Positions 20,275 to 28,071 of a stretch of 64,000 nucleotides of DNA are shown piece by piece. The translations under genes were made by a program, and so were the position numbers. Each line of letters begins with the position of its first letter. Within the stretch, counting starts at the first letter, position 1. Below the pieces are notes generated by a model. That model saw only the letters and a list, made by a program, of their open reading frames with translations. It did not search any database and was not told where the DNA came from. Origin of the DNA: Nitrosopumilus sp. (GTDB taxonomy: Archaea; Thermoproteota; Nitrososphaeria; Nitrososphaerales; Nitrosopumilaceae); the NCBI GenBank assembly GCA_965205425.1, contig CBDBGZ010000009.1:576001-640000 (forward strand). The letters run 5' to 3'.

Positions 20275-20362
20275 ACTGTAATCTGCAAATACAATCCTAA
20301 TGGATCTAAATTAGCTAAAATGTATCACAATTGGGTTAAAATCAGATGGTTTCTACAAGGCC
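19392..20362 (-). mobile_element. IS5-family insertion sequence (971 bp)
   Basis: 17-bp perfect TIR GGCCTTGTAGAAACCAT; 9-bp TSD ATGTTTTAT at 19383-19391 and 20363-20371. Confidence 0.92.
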
Positions 20363-21629
20363 ATGTTTTATAAATTATTTTATCTCTCATAGATACTATA
20401 CTTGCATCAATCTTATCAAAGATTGATTCAATTTTTGAGACGATGCGTTTTTGTTCGTTTAGTGGTGGAAGTGGAACCACTACTTGTTTTATTTTTTCTT
20501 GGCTAATGTTTTTTTGAGCTCCTCCAAAACCAATTCTTATCAAATCATTTCTTATTGATTTTAAAAATAAAAATAAATATGAATTGCTTATTATTTTTTG
20601 ATTATTAAATATTGCACATATTGCTTGATTAGTTGATGCGGGAAAACCAAGAATTGATAATTTGCCTATAGTAGCTCCATACATTGCCATTAAAATGGTA
20701 TTTTTAGGATGAAGCACAGCATTGGATTTTTCTAGACCCAATTGACTAATTCTTTCTTCACACTCTAAGATTATAGAATCATTTAACTCTCCTGATTTGA
20801 TCCACGGCACATCTCCTTCAAAATAATTTGAATTCTTTCGTGATGGTGTACCCCCACTTTTTGTTGTACAAATCTCATCAATAGTTGTTTTAATCCATCC
20901 TTTTGGAAGATTCTCTTTCTTAAATTTCAATTCCTTTGAATCGCCATGAATTTTCTTCAACAAGACTTCTGCTGATTCGTCATTTGGATCCTGTGGAACA
21001 AGCTTACCTTCAAAGGCTTGCTTTAGCACGCTGTTCTTCAACATATTCAAGCTACTAGAAGATGACTTGACCTGCGATGATAACATCTCAAGCTGTATCT
21101 TTGCTGCATCAATCTGTGTGAAGATTGATTCAATTTTTGAGACGATGCGTTTTTGTTCGTTTAGTGGTGGAAGTGGAACCACTACTTGTTTTATTTTTTC
21201 TTGGCTAATGTTTTTTTGAGCTCCTCCAAAACCAATTCTTATCAAATCATTTCTTATTGATTTTAAAAATAAAAATAAATATGAATTGCTTATTATTTTT
21301 TGATTATTAAATATTGCACATATTGCTTGATTAGTTGATGCGGGAAAACCAAGAATTGATAATTTGCCTATAGTAGCTCCATACATTGCCATTAAAATGG
21401 TATTTTTAGGATGAAGCACAGCATTGGATTTTTCTAGACCCAATTGACTAATTCTTTCTTCACACTCTAAGATTATAGAATCATTTAACTCTCCTGATTT
21501 GATCCACGGCACATCTCCTTCAAAATAATTTGAATTCTTTCGTGATGGTGTACCCCCACTTTTTGTTGTACAAATCTCATCAATAGTTGTTTTAATCCAT
21601 CCTTTTGGAAGATTCTCTTTCATATCCAT
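20325..21629 (-). CDS. hsdS: hsdS copy B: intact start, TRD-c, conserved region, identical TRD-c, no normal C-terminal helix
   Basis: MDMKENLPKGW start (ATG 21629 or 21623); two identical TRDs; HsdS similarity stops at ...FDKIDA (20402). Confidence 0.85.
   Translation of the reverse strand: MDMKENLPKGWIKTTIDEICTTKSGGTPSRKNSNYFEGDVPWIKSGELNDSIILECEERISQLGLEKSNAVLHPKNTILMAMYGATIGKLSILGFPASTNQAICAIFNNQKIISNSYLFLFLKSIRNDLIRIGFGGAQKNISQEKIKQVVVPLPPLNEQKRIVSKIESIFTQIDAAKIQLEMLSSQVKSSSSSLNMLKNSVLKQAFEGKLVPQDPNDESAEVLLKKIHGDSKELKFKKENLPKGWIKTTIDEICTTKSGGTPSRKNSNYFEGDVPWIKSGELNDSIILECEERISQLGLEKSNAVLHPKNTILMAMYGATIGKLSILGFPASTNQAICAIFNNQKIISNSYLFLFLKSIRNDLIRIGFGGAQKNISQEKIKQVVVPLPPLNEQKRIVSKIESIFDKIDASIVSMRDKIIYKTWPCRNHLILTQL
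20402..20456 (-). repeat. IR2 right arm (55 bp)
   Basis: Reverse complement of 15070-15124. Confidence 0.95.
20419..21621. repeat. 501-bp perfect direct repeat (20419-20919 = 21121-21621), the duplicated TRD-c
   Basis: Line-by-line comparison shows identity at offset 702 bp. Confidence 0.95.
20895..21167 (-). repeat. IR1 right arm (273 bp)
   Basis: Reverse complement of 14353-14625. Confidence 0.95.
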
Positions 21630-21690
21630 GCTTCCAGAGTCATAATTTCTATTTTTACCTAAATCATTCAATATTAACTGTGTAACAACT

Positions 21691-21837
21691 ATTAAAGAAC
21701 AAAAGCAAATTGTATCAATCCTGTCTGGAGTTGATGCATACATTCAGAAAAACCAAGAATATAAGGAAAAGCTGGAGATTCTAAAAAAAGGACTTATGCA
21801 AAAATTGCTAACTGGAAAGATCCGCGTAAAGGTATGA
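21691..21837 (+). pseudogene. hsdS: C-terminal relic of a third, divergent hsdS
   Basis: IKEQKQIVSILSGVDAYIQKNQEYKEKLEILKKGLMQKLLTGKIRVKV* is a typical HsdS C-terminus; no upstream TRD or ATG. Confidence 0.8.
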
Positions 21838-21927
21838 CTCTGCAAGGACATGGCTACCATGCAGGGCAGATTATCATCAAATTCTAAGGAAATTTCTAAA
21901 ACTCACTATACAAATTATAATTCTAAC

Positions 21928-22093
21928 AAGCTACGAAAAAGCTATAACATGTTAGAGAAAGCTATGACCTTAGACCTTGAAAGCTAGTCGTCAATAGCTT
22001 GTTAAAATAACGCCTGTTAACACATTCTAGCTTCTATTGACGCTCAAAAACAGCTAGCTCACTAGCTTTAACAAAAAAGCTATAACAAAGCTA
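21928..22093. repeat. Dense array of AGCTA/TAGCT motifs (iteron-like)
   Basis: 11 copies in ~165 bp of non-coding DNA; AAAAAGCTATAACA occurs twice. Confidence 0.6.
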
Positions 22094-22152
22094 GTGACGC
22101 CTAAAACTGCATAAATTTCTAAGTGAGAAAAGACAGGTAATTTGTACATATT

Positions 22153-22320
22153 ATGAATGGTGTAAAGCCCAGCACTAGACCATATGCTAGAAAAATCCAG
22201 GAATTAATCGATGATCATATTCGCTCTTTGCATATTTCAGAATTAATTGACCCAATGGAGATTACCTATGAGAATTTCCTTGCATTTGTTAAAAAGAAAG
22301 TAAAAAGTAAGAGAGCTTAA
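22153..22320 (+). CDS. Small hypothetical ORF (55 aa) or gene remnant
   Basis: MNGVKPSTRPYARKIQELIDDHIRS...KKKVKSKRA*. Confidence 0.3.
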   Translation: MNGVKPSTRPYARKIQELIDDHIRSLHISELIDPMEITYENFLAFVKKKVKSKRA

Positions 22321-22381
22321 ACTGCATTAATTAAAAACAAGGTAATCCAAGTAATTGAGGAATTAAGGGGACCAAAACAAT

Positions 22382-23341
22382 CTAATTGCTGATTTTTTCA
22401 TTTATCAGCAAATCAGATTCAAATTCAATATATTTTTTCAACTTTTCATCTAATGTCAATCTATCATACACTAACAAATCTCTTGCCTGCTCTTGTCCTG
22501 CAAAATATTTTGCTAGATTTGGATCATGTCTTGATACTTTGGTTATAAAAAATGCCCTAAAACTGTGAGTTGTTATCTTGTGACGACCTGATTCATATTT
22601 TTGATCGAGGTTAATTCGTTTAAGATATTTGGTTAATATCAACTGATAATGATTACTAACATTTGTAGGCTTTGTCTTGCCACGGAAAAATACATAGTTC
22701 TCATCATTCAATCTTTTCAGAATTGGTTTTAGCAAAGGTGTAACCTCTTTGCTAAAAAAAGTCACTCTTGATTTCTTTGTTTTAGTTATGCTGGCAGGAA
22801 CATTTACTATTATCCTCTCCTGCGTAGTATCTAGATCTATTTTTCGTAACTGCAACAATTCTCCTCTTCTTAATCCACTGGATAGTTGTGCTAGGATTTT
22901 CAATCTATTTTTATTGTTACTCACCTCCAATATTCTTCTAATCTCTTCTTTTACTAGGGGATATTTTTCCTCATTAACTTGATGTGGAAAGTTTAGCTCA
23001 TCTGCTACATCTTCTTTTGTGATTTTTATATTATGATATCTGAGATATTTTTTCATATATGAAAAAACTGTAGGGATACTGTTTGGATAGATTCTCTTGT
23101 TATTCCAGTTGAGCCATTCTTGCAAGGATTCATAGACTGTTTCCATCTCGACTTTTTGATATTCTGTTATGGTCTCATCAATTGTTTTACCATATTTTTC
23201 CTTGCAAAATATCTCAAAATTCTTTATTGCTGATCTTATAGAATTTTGTGTACTTGTTGCTTTTGTTTGTATCATTTCCTCAAAACTCTTGCGATCTTTG
23301 GACTTTCGTAGAAAGGTAGACATTTTATTAATATCTACCAT
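22382..23341 (-). CDS. Tyrosine recombinase/integrase (likely island integrase)
   Basis: SGLRRGE, TKTK, HSFR, FAGQ (in place of LGH) and VYDR; starts 36 bp from the right att repeat. Confidence 0.9.
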   Translation of the reverse strand: MVDINKMSTFLRKSKDRKSFEEMIQTKATSTQNSIRSAIKNFEIFCKEKYGKTIDETITEYQKVEMETVYESLQEWLNWNNKRIYPNSIPTVFSYMKKYLRYHNIKITKEDVADELNFPHQVNEEKYPLVKEEIRRILEVSNNKNRLKILAQLSSGLRRGELLQLRKIDLDTTQERIIVNVPASITKTKKSRVTFFSKEVTPLLKPILKRLNDENYVFFRGKTKPTNVSNHYQLILTKYLKRINLDQKYESGRHKITTHSFRAFFITKVSRHDPNLAKYFAGQEQARDLLVYDRLTLDEKLKKYIEFESDLLINEKISN

Positions 23342-23376
23342 AATACCTTAAAAAGATGCCTAAAACGATTGATTTA

Positions 23377-23389
23377 CCTACATAAAAAT
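23377..23389 (+). repeat. Right attachment-site core, overlapping the last codons and stop of nep1
   Basis: CCTACATAAAAAT is the reverse complement of ATT TTT ATG TAG G. Confidence 0.75.
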
Positions 23390-24046
23390 GGTTTTTTCGT
23401 ACTCATATAGCATTCTAGCTACTACAACATGTCCTTCAAATGGTTTATCATCAACTGAATAAAGATCTGAAATTTTATTTTGAATTGAATCAGAAAAATG
23501 TCCTTTTTGGAATCCTCCAATTACAATACAAGCATCATCCTCAACCTCTCCTGCAATTTTTTCATATGAAGATCTGTTACCTTTTGTAGAAAAACCAATC
23601 ACTTTTGATGGTTTTATTTCATCAAGTAATTCAGAAAATGTTTTATCTTCAATTTTTAATAAAATATCATCATTTGTTTTTATTTGTTTTTCTTTATACA
23701 ACTTTTCTATAACTCCCTCAAATCTATGATATGATTTAGGAATGTGAACATTTTCACTAAAAGAAATTACTTTGTCATCAAGAGTATGAACGTAAAGTTT
23801 CATTTTATTTGTAAGATATAATGGAATTGTTGTAGCTTCAAGAATTGAAAAATGTACAAGATCCGGTCGACCTCTTTTCATTTCATTTTCAATTCCTTTC
23901 ATAGCTGCAAAATGCCAAGAATTATCTAGTAAAATTTCTGACGAGTGTTTGCCAAGTTTTCTTGCATGTGAGATAACTGATGGATGATGTATTAATTCAG
24001 AAGGAATAAGTTCTAATGAAGATTCAGATAATATTAAAGAAATCAT
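23378..24046 (-). CDS. nep1: 16S rRNA pseudouridine N1-methyltransferase Nep1/Emg1 (SPOUT)
   Basis: RGRPDLVHFSIL, IPKSYHRFEG and IVIGGFQKGHFS. Confidence 0.9.
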   Translation of the reverse strand: MISLILSESSLELIPSELIHHPSVISHARKLGKHSSEILLDNSWHFAAMKGIENEMKRGRPDLVHFSILEATTIPLYLTNKMKLYVHTLDDKVISFSENVHIPKSYHRFEGVIEKLYKEKQIKTNDDILLKIEDKTFSELLDEIKPSKVIGFSTKGNRSSYEKIAGEVEDDACIVIGGFQKGHFSDSIQNKISDLYSVDDKPFEGHVVVARMLYEYEKTIFM

Positions 24047-24047
24047 T

Positions 24048-25169
24048 TTAGTTTATCATTTCAATTTGTGTCTTAAATTCATTCCATCCAGGTTTTGGAT
24101 TTCCATCTACTTCAATAAGACCAGATTTACAAACGTAGTGATTTAATCTTTCAATTGTGTACTCACTACTTCCTAATCCAAAACCTCCTCCAATTCCAAC
24201 ACTTTCACCATCAATATCTTGTTGTGCTGGAATGCAAGTACCTTCAGGTCTATCTGAATACCTATACCAAGTTAAAAATTCAATTTCAGATTCATTTTCT
24301 GAATAGAAATTAAATAATTTTTCTAAAAATGATTTCTGAGAAGTAGAATTTCCACCTACAAAATCAGAGGAACTCCAACTAACCTCAAAAAATGCAATTT
24401 TTTTATCAGATACAATCTCAAATGCTTGTTTCAAATCCTCTGTAGCGTTTTGTGGGGTTTTTGTAATATCATTTAGATTATCGACTGGAAAATATGAGAA
24501 TGCAACAAAATCTCCAATTGCCAATTCATTAACGATATGACCTAAATCTTTATTCAATACTTGATGTAATGCAAATGAATTTCCAAACTGCACATCAGGA
24601 TGTTTGTCTTTTAGTTTATCATAAACTCTAGAAAACAACTCTTTGTAAACAGGAATATTTTGTTCATTATAACGGAATTGGGATTCTGTTTCCCCTGAAA
24701 TAATTACAGAATCAACTATATGATATCGTGAAAGTATTACATCAAGAGCACTAACAAGTCTATCTTCTCCAATTGAGTTAATTGTAGGCTTTCCAATCCA
24801 ATTCGGAAATGGTCCTAGTGAATTTCCATTAATCACTGAAAAGAAAAGGGTAACCTTAAGATTATTTTTTTCGTTTAATCCCATCAAAACATCAGATTGA
24901 CTCCAATCAAATTCTCCTCTTACAGGTTCAAGTAAATTCCAAAAAAGATATACATTGCTTCTACCAATCCCAGTGTTAGCAGATTTAGAATAAATTTCAT
25001 CTAACTCTTGTAATGTAGTAGATTGATTTGGAGAATTAATTACAAGGCCAATTTTTTCATTAGTTTGTTGAGGAGAAATAATATCTGAATTAGGAATAGA
25101 CATTGCCAGTGCTGCTACAGCAATAATTACAATTATGCCTGTGATTACGCCTAGGGATTTGTTATTCAT
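24048..25169 (-). CDS. Membrane-anchored TIM-barrel/glycoside-hydrolase-like protein
   Basis: N-terminal TM helix; W.LLEP.RGEFDW, FFEVSWSS and GLIEVDGNPKPGW resemble GH clan A. Confidence 0.55.
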   Translation of the reverse strand: MNNKSLGVITGIIVIIAVAALAMSIPNSDIISPQQTNEKIGLVINSPNQSTTLQELDEIYSKSANTGIGRSNVYLFWNLLEPVRGEFDWSQSDVLMGLNEKNNLKVTLFFSVINGNSLGPFPNWIGKPTINSIGEDRLVSALDVILSRYHIVDSVIISGETESQFRYNEQNIPVYKELFSRVYDKLKDKHPDVQFGNSFALHQVLNKDLGHIVNELAIGDFVAFSYFPVDNLNDITKTPQNATEDLKQAFEIVSDKKIAFFEVSWSSSDFVGGNSTSQKSFLEKLFNFYSENESEIEFLTWYRYSDRPEGTCIPAQQDIDGESVGIGGGFGLGSSEYTIERLNHYVCKSGLIEVDGNPKPGWNEFKTQIEMIN

Positions 25170-25215
25170 ACAGATTGGAAAATAAAAGAAAGTAAAAAAG
25201 TTGTGATTCTGTTAT

Positions 25216-27867
25216 TTATCCAGAAGTACAACCACTATACCCACATTCAATGCAGGTACTACAACCTTCAACAAAGACAAGAGCATTTTTACATGTTGGA
25301 CATAATTTGTCCTCAGGAATTTCTTCAATCTTTGGAGTTTCTATTTGAATCTCTTCGTCATGAACCTTTAATGCTAATGCAGCATTGACTTGAGATTTGA
25401 TGTATGGATTTGTAATGTTTTTGGTTACAAACTCATTCATGTAATCACTTGGTGTAACCTCAAAGGTCTTTGTTGCATTCTCACTTGTCATGTGAAGAAC
25501 TTGTTTGTGTCTTGAACCATCACGATAAACAGTCATTCCTTTTAGACCAATTTCATGTGCCAACAAGTATGCAGATTTTACATCCTCTACTGTTACATCA
25601 TATGGCATATTGATTGTTTTTGCAATTGCATTTCCAATCCAATCTTGCCATACACCTTGAGCCATCAAATGATCAGCCCAATGGATATCCATTGCTGTAA
25701 CAAATACATCTTGCATCCATTGTGGAATCTCATCAATTCCTTTCAATGAACCATAGTTGTCTGCAATCTTTTCAAGGATTTCATCTGTGTAAAGACCCTC
25801 TTCTTTTAGCGCTTCTTCAAGAATCTTGTTTGTATAGAAGAATCTTCCAACAGTAACTCTCTTCTCAAACACTAGAGCAAATGCAGGTTCCATTCCGTTT
25901 GAACAGTCTGCAATCATAGATAGTGTTCCAGTTGGGGCTACTGTAGTAGTCAAGACATTTCTAATACCATGTTTCTTGATTTTTGCAATCAGTGGATCCC
26001 ATTCATAAGAATGAGCATCTTTTGATTTCTCATAATATCCAGATACTGGGATCTTTCCTTCAGGAAATTCAGTCTTTGCACATAGTGGGAATTCGCCACG
26101 AGCATTTGCTAGTGCCACACTCTCTTCCATGGAATAGTATGTTAGGGCTTCAGATAATTTTGATTGTAGTTCGTATCCTTCTTTGGAATTGTATGGGATT
26201 TTTAGTCTGTATAGTAAATCAGCTACTCCCATTACTCCTAATCCAATTCTTCTAGATTCTTTTGAGGCTACATTGATTTCTTGAACTGGATAATTGTTTA
26301 CATCAATGATATTATCCAAGAATCGCGTTGTCTTTCTGATTATCTCTTCATATCCTTGCCAATCAAATTCATAAGAACCATCAGCTTGCCTTTTTGCAAG
26401 ATTTGCCAAGTTGATAGAACCCAAGTTACATGATTCGTATGGATAGAGACTTTGTTCACCACATGGATTTGTTGCTCTTAATGGTGCTTGTCTGGCTTTA
26501 GCAAACACATTGTATTTGTTAATTTGATCAAAGAAGATCAACCCAGGCTCTGCACTTTTCCATGCAGATAATGCAATTAGATCAATTAGTTGGTGTGCAT
26601 TAATTTCTTTAACAGGTTTTTTGTCACGTGGACTACGTAAGACATAGTTTCCATCAGTTGTGTTTACAAGTGCATGCCAAAAGTCTTCCCAGATTCCAAC
26701 ACTTATGTTGAAATTCTCTAAAACTCCAGCTTCTGTCTTGTTTGTGATGAATTTTTCTACATCAGGATGCCATGCTTCAATGATTCCCATGTTTGCACCA
26801 CGTCTTTTTCCTCCTTGTTTTACGACTTCAGTTACTGTATTGATGATATTCATGAATGATACTGGACCGGATGCAACACCAGATGTTGATGCAACAATGT
26901 CACCTTCTTCACGAAGATCAGAATAGTTGATACCAACTCCACCACCAGACTTGAAGATTAATGCTGCATCAGAAGTTGATTTCATGATTTCTTCCATGCC
27001 ATCATTCATGCCAAGTACAAAGCATGCTGAGAGTTGTCCTAATCTTCCTCCTGCATTCATCATTGTTGGTGAATTTGGCAAAAAGTCTTGTGCAGTCATC
27101 ATCTCAAAGTATTCAGTAATTTTATCTGAATAACTTTCGAGTTTCTTTCCTGCTAGGAGTGTCAAAAGATCTTTGAAACTAATTTTCATTTGACCTTTGT
27201 TTGCAAGGGTCACATAGTGATTGATTAAAGATCTAAAATGCCATTTGTTGAAGAAATAGTCTCCAACTTTGAATTTATAATCAAAGGCATCTAGTTTTTC
27301 AAGATAAGAGTTTGCTTGTTCAATGTCTTGTTTGTTACTTCCAGATTTGTCAAAAATCTGTGAATCATATAGCATATCACCAATACCGACTAGAATTGCT
27401 ACTCGCTCAAACATTTGAGTAGGAGATTCAATAATCTCACTTTTTGAATTTCTGAATAGATATCTTGAGGCTAGTACTCTAAGACAGTTCAAGTCAAATT
27501 TTTTGGAGACTGGATCAAGGGCTTTAAGATTTAAGACCTTCATTTTTTCATCCCTTAATTTTCTTCTCTCGTGTCTGTAAACGATGTATGCTTTTGCAAT
27601 ATCACTATTGCCGCTATCGATTAAAGTTGACTCTACAATATCTTGAATATCTTCAACTGTAGGTGATCTAGAGCTTGTAAATCCCTGCTCTACTAACTTG
27701 TTAACTACATCTTCTGCTAGTTTGTCGGCAACGCCACGATCGGCTTTAGAGGTGGCTGCCAATGCCTGGTAAATGGCATTTGAAATTTTATCTTTATTGA
27801 AAGCCGTTACTGCGCCACTGCGCTTACGGATCTCACTGATCGTATTTTCTATTTGTGAATTGTCCAT
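25216..27867 (-). CDS. nrdJ: Class II adenosylcobalamin-dependent ribonucleotide reductase with ATP cone
   Basis: IRKRSG ATP cone, FLPNSPT, QLSACF, TNPCGEQ, CNLGSINL, APTGT, TVYRDGSR and C-terminal CxxC pairs; likely start 27867. Confidence 0.95.
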   Translation of the reverse strand: MDNSQIENTISEIRKRSGAVTAFNKDKISNAIYQALAATSKADRGVADKLAEDVVNKLVEQGFTSSRSPTVEDIQDIVESTLIDSGNSDIAKAYIVYRHERRKLRDEKMKVLNLKALDPVSKKFDLNCLRVLASRYLFRNSKSEIIESPTQMFERVAILVGIGDMLYDSQIFDKSGSNKQDIEQANSYLEKLDAFDYKFKVGDYFFNKWHFRSLINHYVTLANKGQMKISFKDLLTLLAGKKLESYSDKITEYFEMMTAQDFLPNSPTMMNAGGRLGQLSACFVLGMNDGMEEIMKSTSDAALIFKSGGGVGINYSDLREEGDIVASTSGVASGPVSFMNIINTVTEVVKQGGKRRGANMGIIEAWHPDVEKFITNKTEAGVLENFNISVGIWEDFWHALVNTTDGNYVLRSPRDKKPVKEINAHQLIDLIALSAWKSAEPGLIFFDQINKYNVFAKARQAPLRATNPCGEQSLYPYESCNLGSINLANLAKRQADGSYEFDWQGYEEIIRKTTRFLDNIIDVNNYPVQEINVASKESRRIGLGVMGVADLLYRLKIPYNSKEGYELQSKLSEALTYYSMEESVALANARGEFPLCAKTEFPEGKIPVSGYYEKSKDAHSYEWDPLIAKIKKHGIRNVLTTTVAPTGTLSMIADCSNGMEPAFALVFEKRVTVGRFFYTNKILEEALKEEGLYTDEILEKIADNYGSLKGIDEIPQWMQDVFVTAMDIHWADHLMAQGVWQDWIGNAIAKTINMPYDVTVEDVKSAYLLAHEIGLKGMTVYRDGSRHKQVLHMTSENATKTFEVTPSDYMNEFVTKNITNPYIKSQVNAALALKVHDEEIQIETPKIEEIPEDKLCPTCKNALVFVEGCSTCIECGYSGCTSG

Positions 27868-28071
27868 TATAATCTCCCCGACATGGGTAAAACGAATATG
27901 GATATAACTGATTCCACAATTTTTTCTTAAAGCTCGGTTCAAAAATATTGACACCACTACTATGAAGTTCATACTGGCGTAAGATCTATAACAGTTGACG
28001 ATGATCGCGATATCTGAAACTGATCAAAAAGTTTTGAAAAATGATCGGAATTAGTTTTTCATTTACGATTT

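Larger units (their letters stand above)
10519..23389. mobile_element. Integrated defence island (~12.9 kb) with two tyrosine recombinases, HicBA and a type I R-M locus
   Basis: Perfect 13-bp direct repeat CCTACATAAAAAT at both ends; integrase next to the right repeat; accessory genes between the core genes tRNA-Gly and nep1. Confidence 0.85.

Noticed and set aside
19392..20362. IS insertion as the cause of the hsdS-B truncation
   Set aside because: HsdS similarity ends at 20402, ~30 bp before the TSD, and the reconstructed empty site still lacks the conserved C-terminal helix
21928..22093. CRISPR array
   Set aside because: Motifs are only 5-14 bp, irregularly spaced and in both orientations; no cas genes in the window
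25216..27867. Intein in nrdJ (and in atpA)
   Set aside because: Catalytic motifs are contiguous, lengths are normal, and no C/S...HN splice signature was seen
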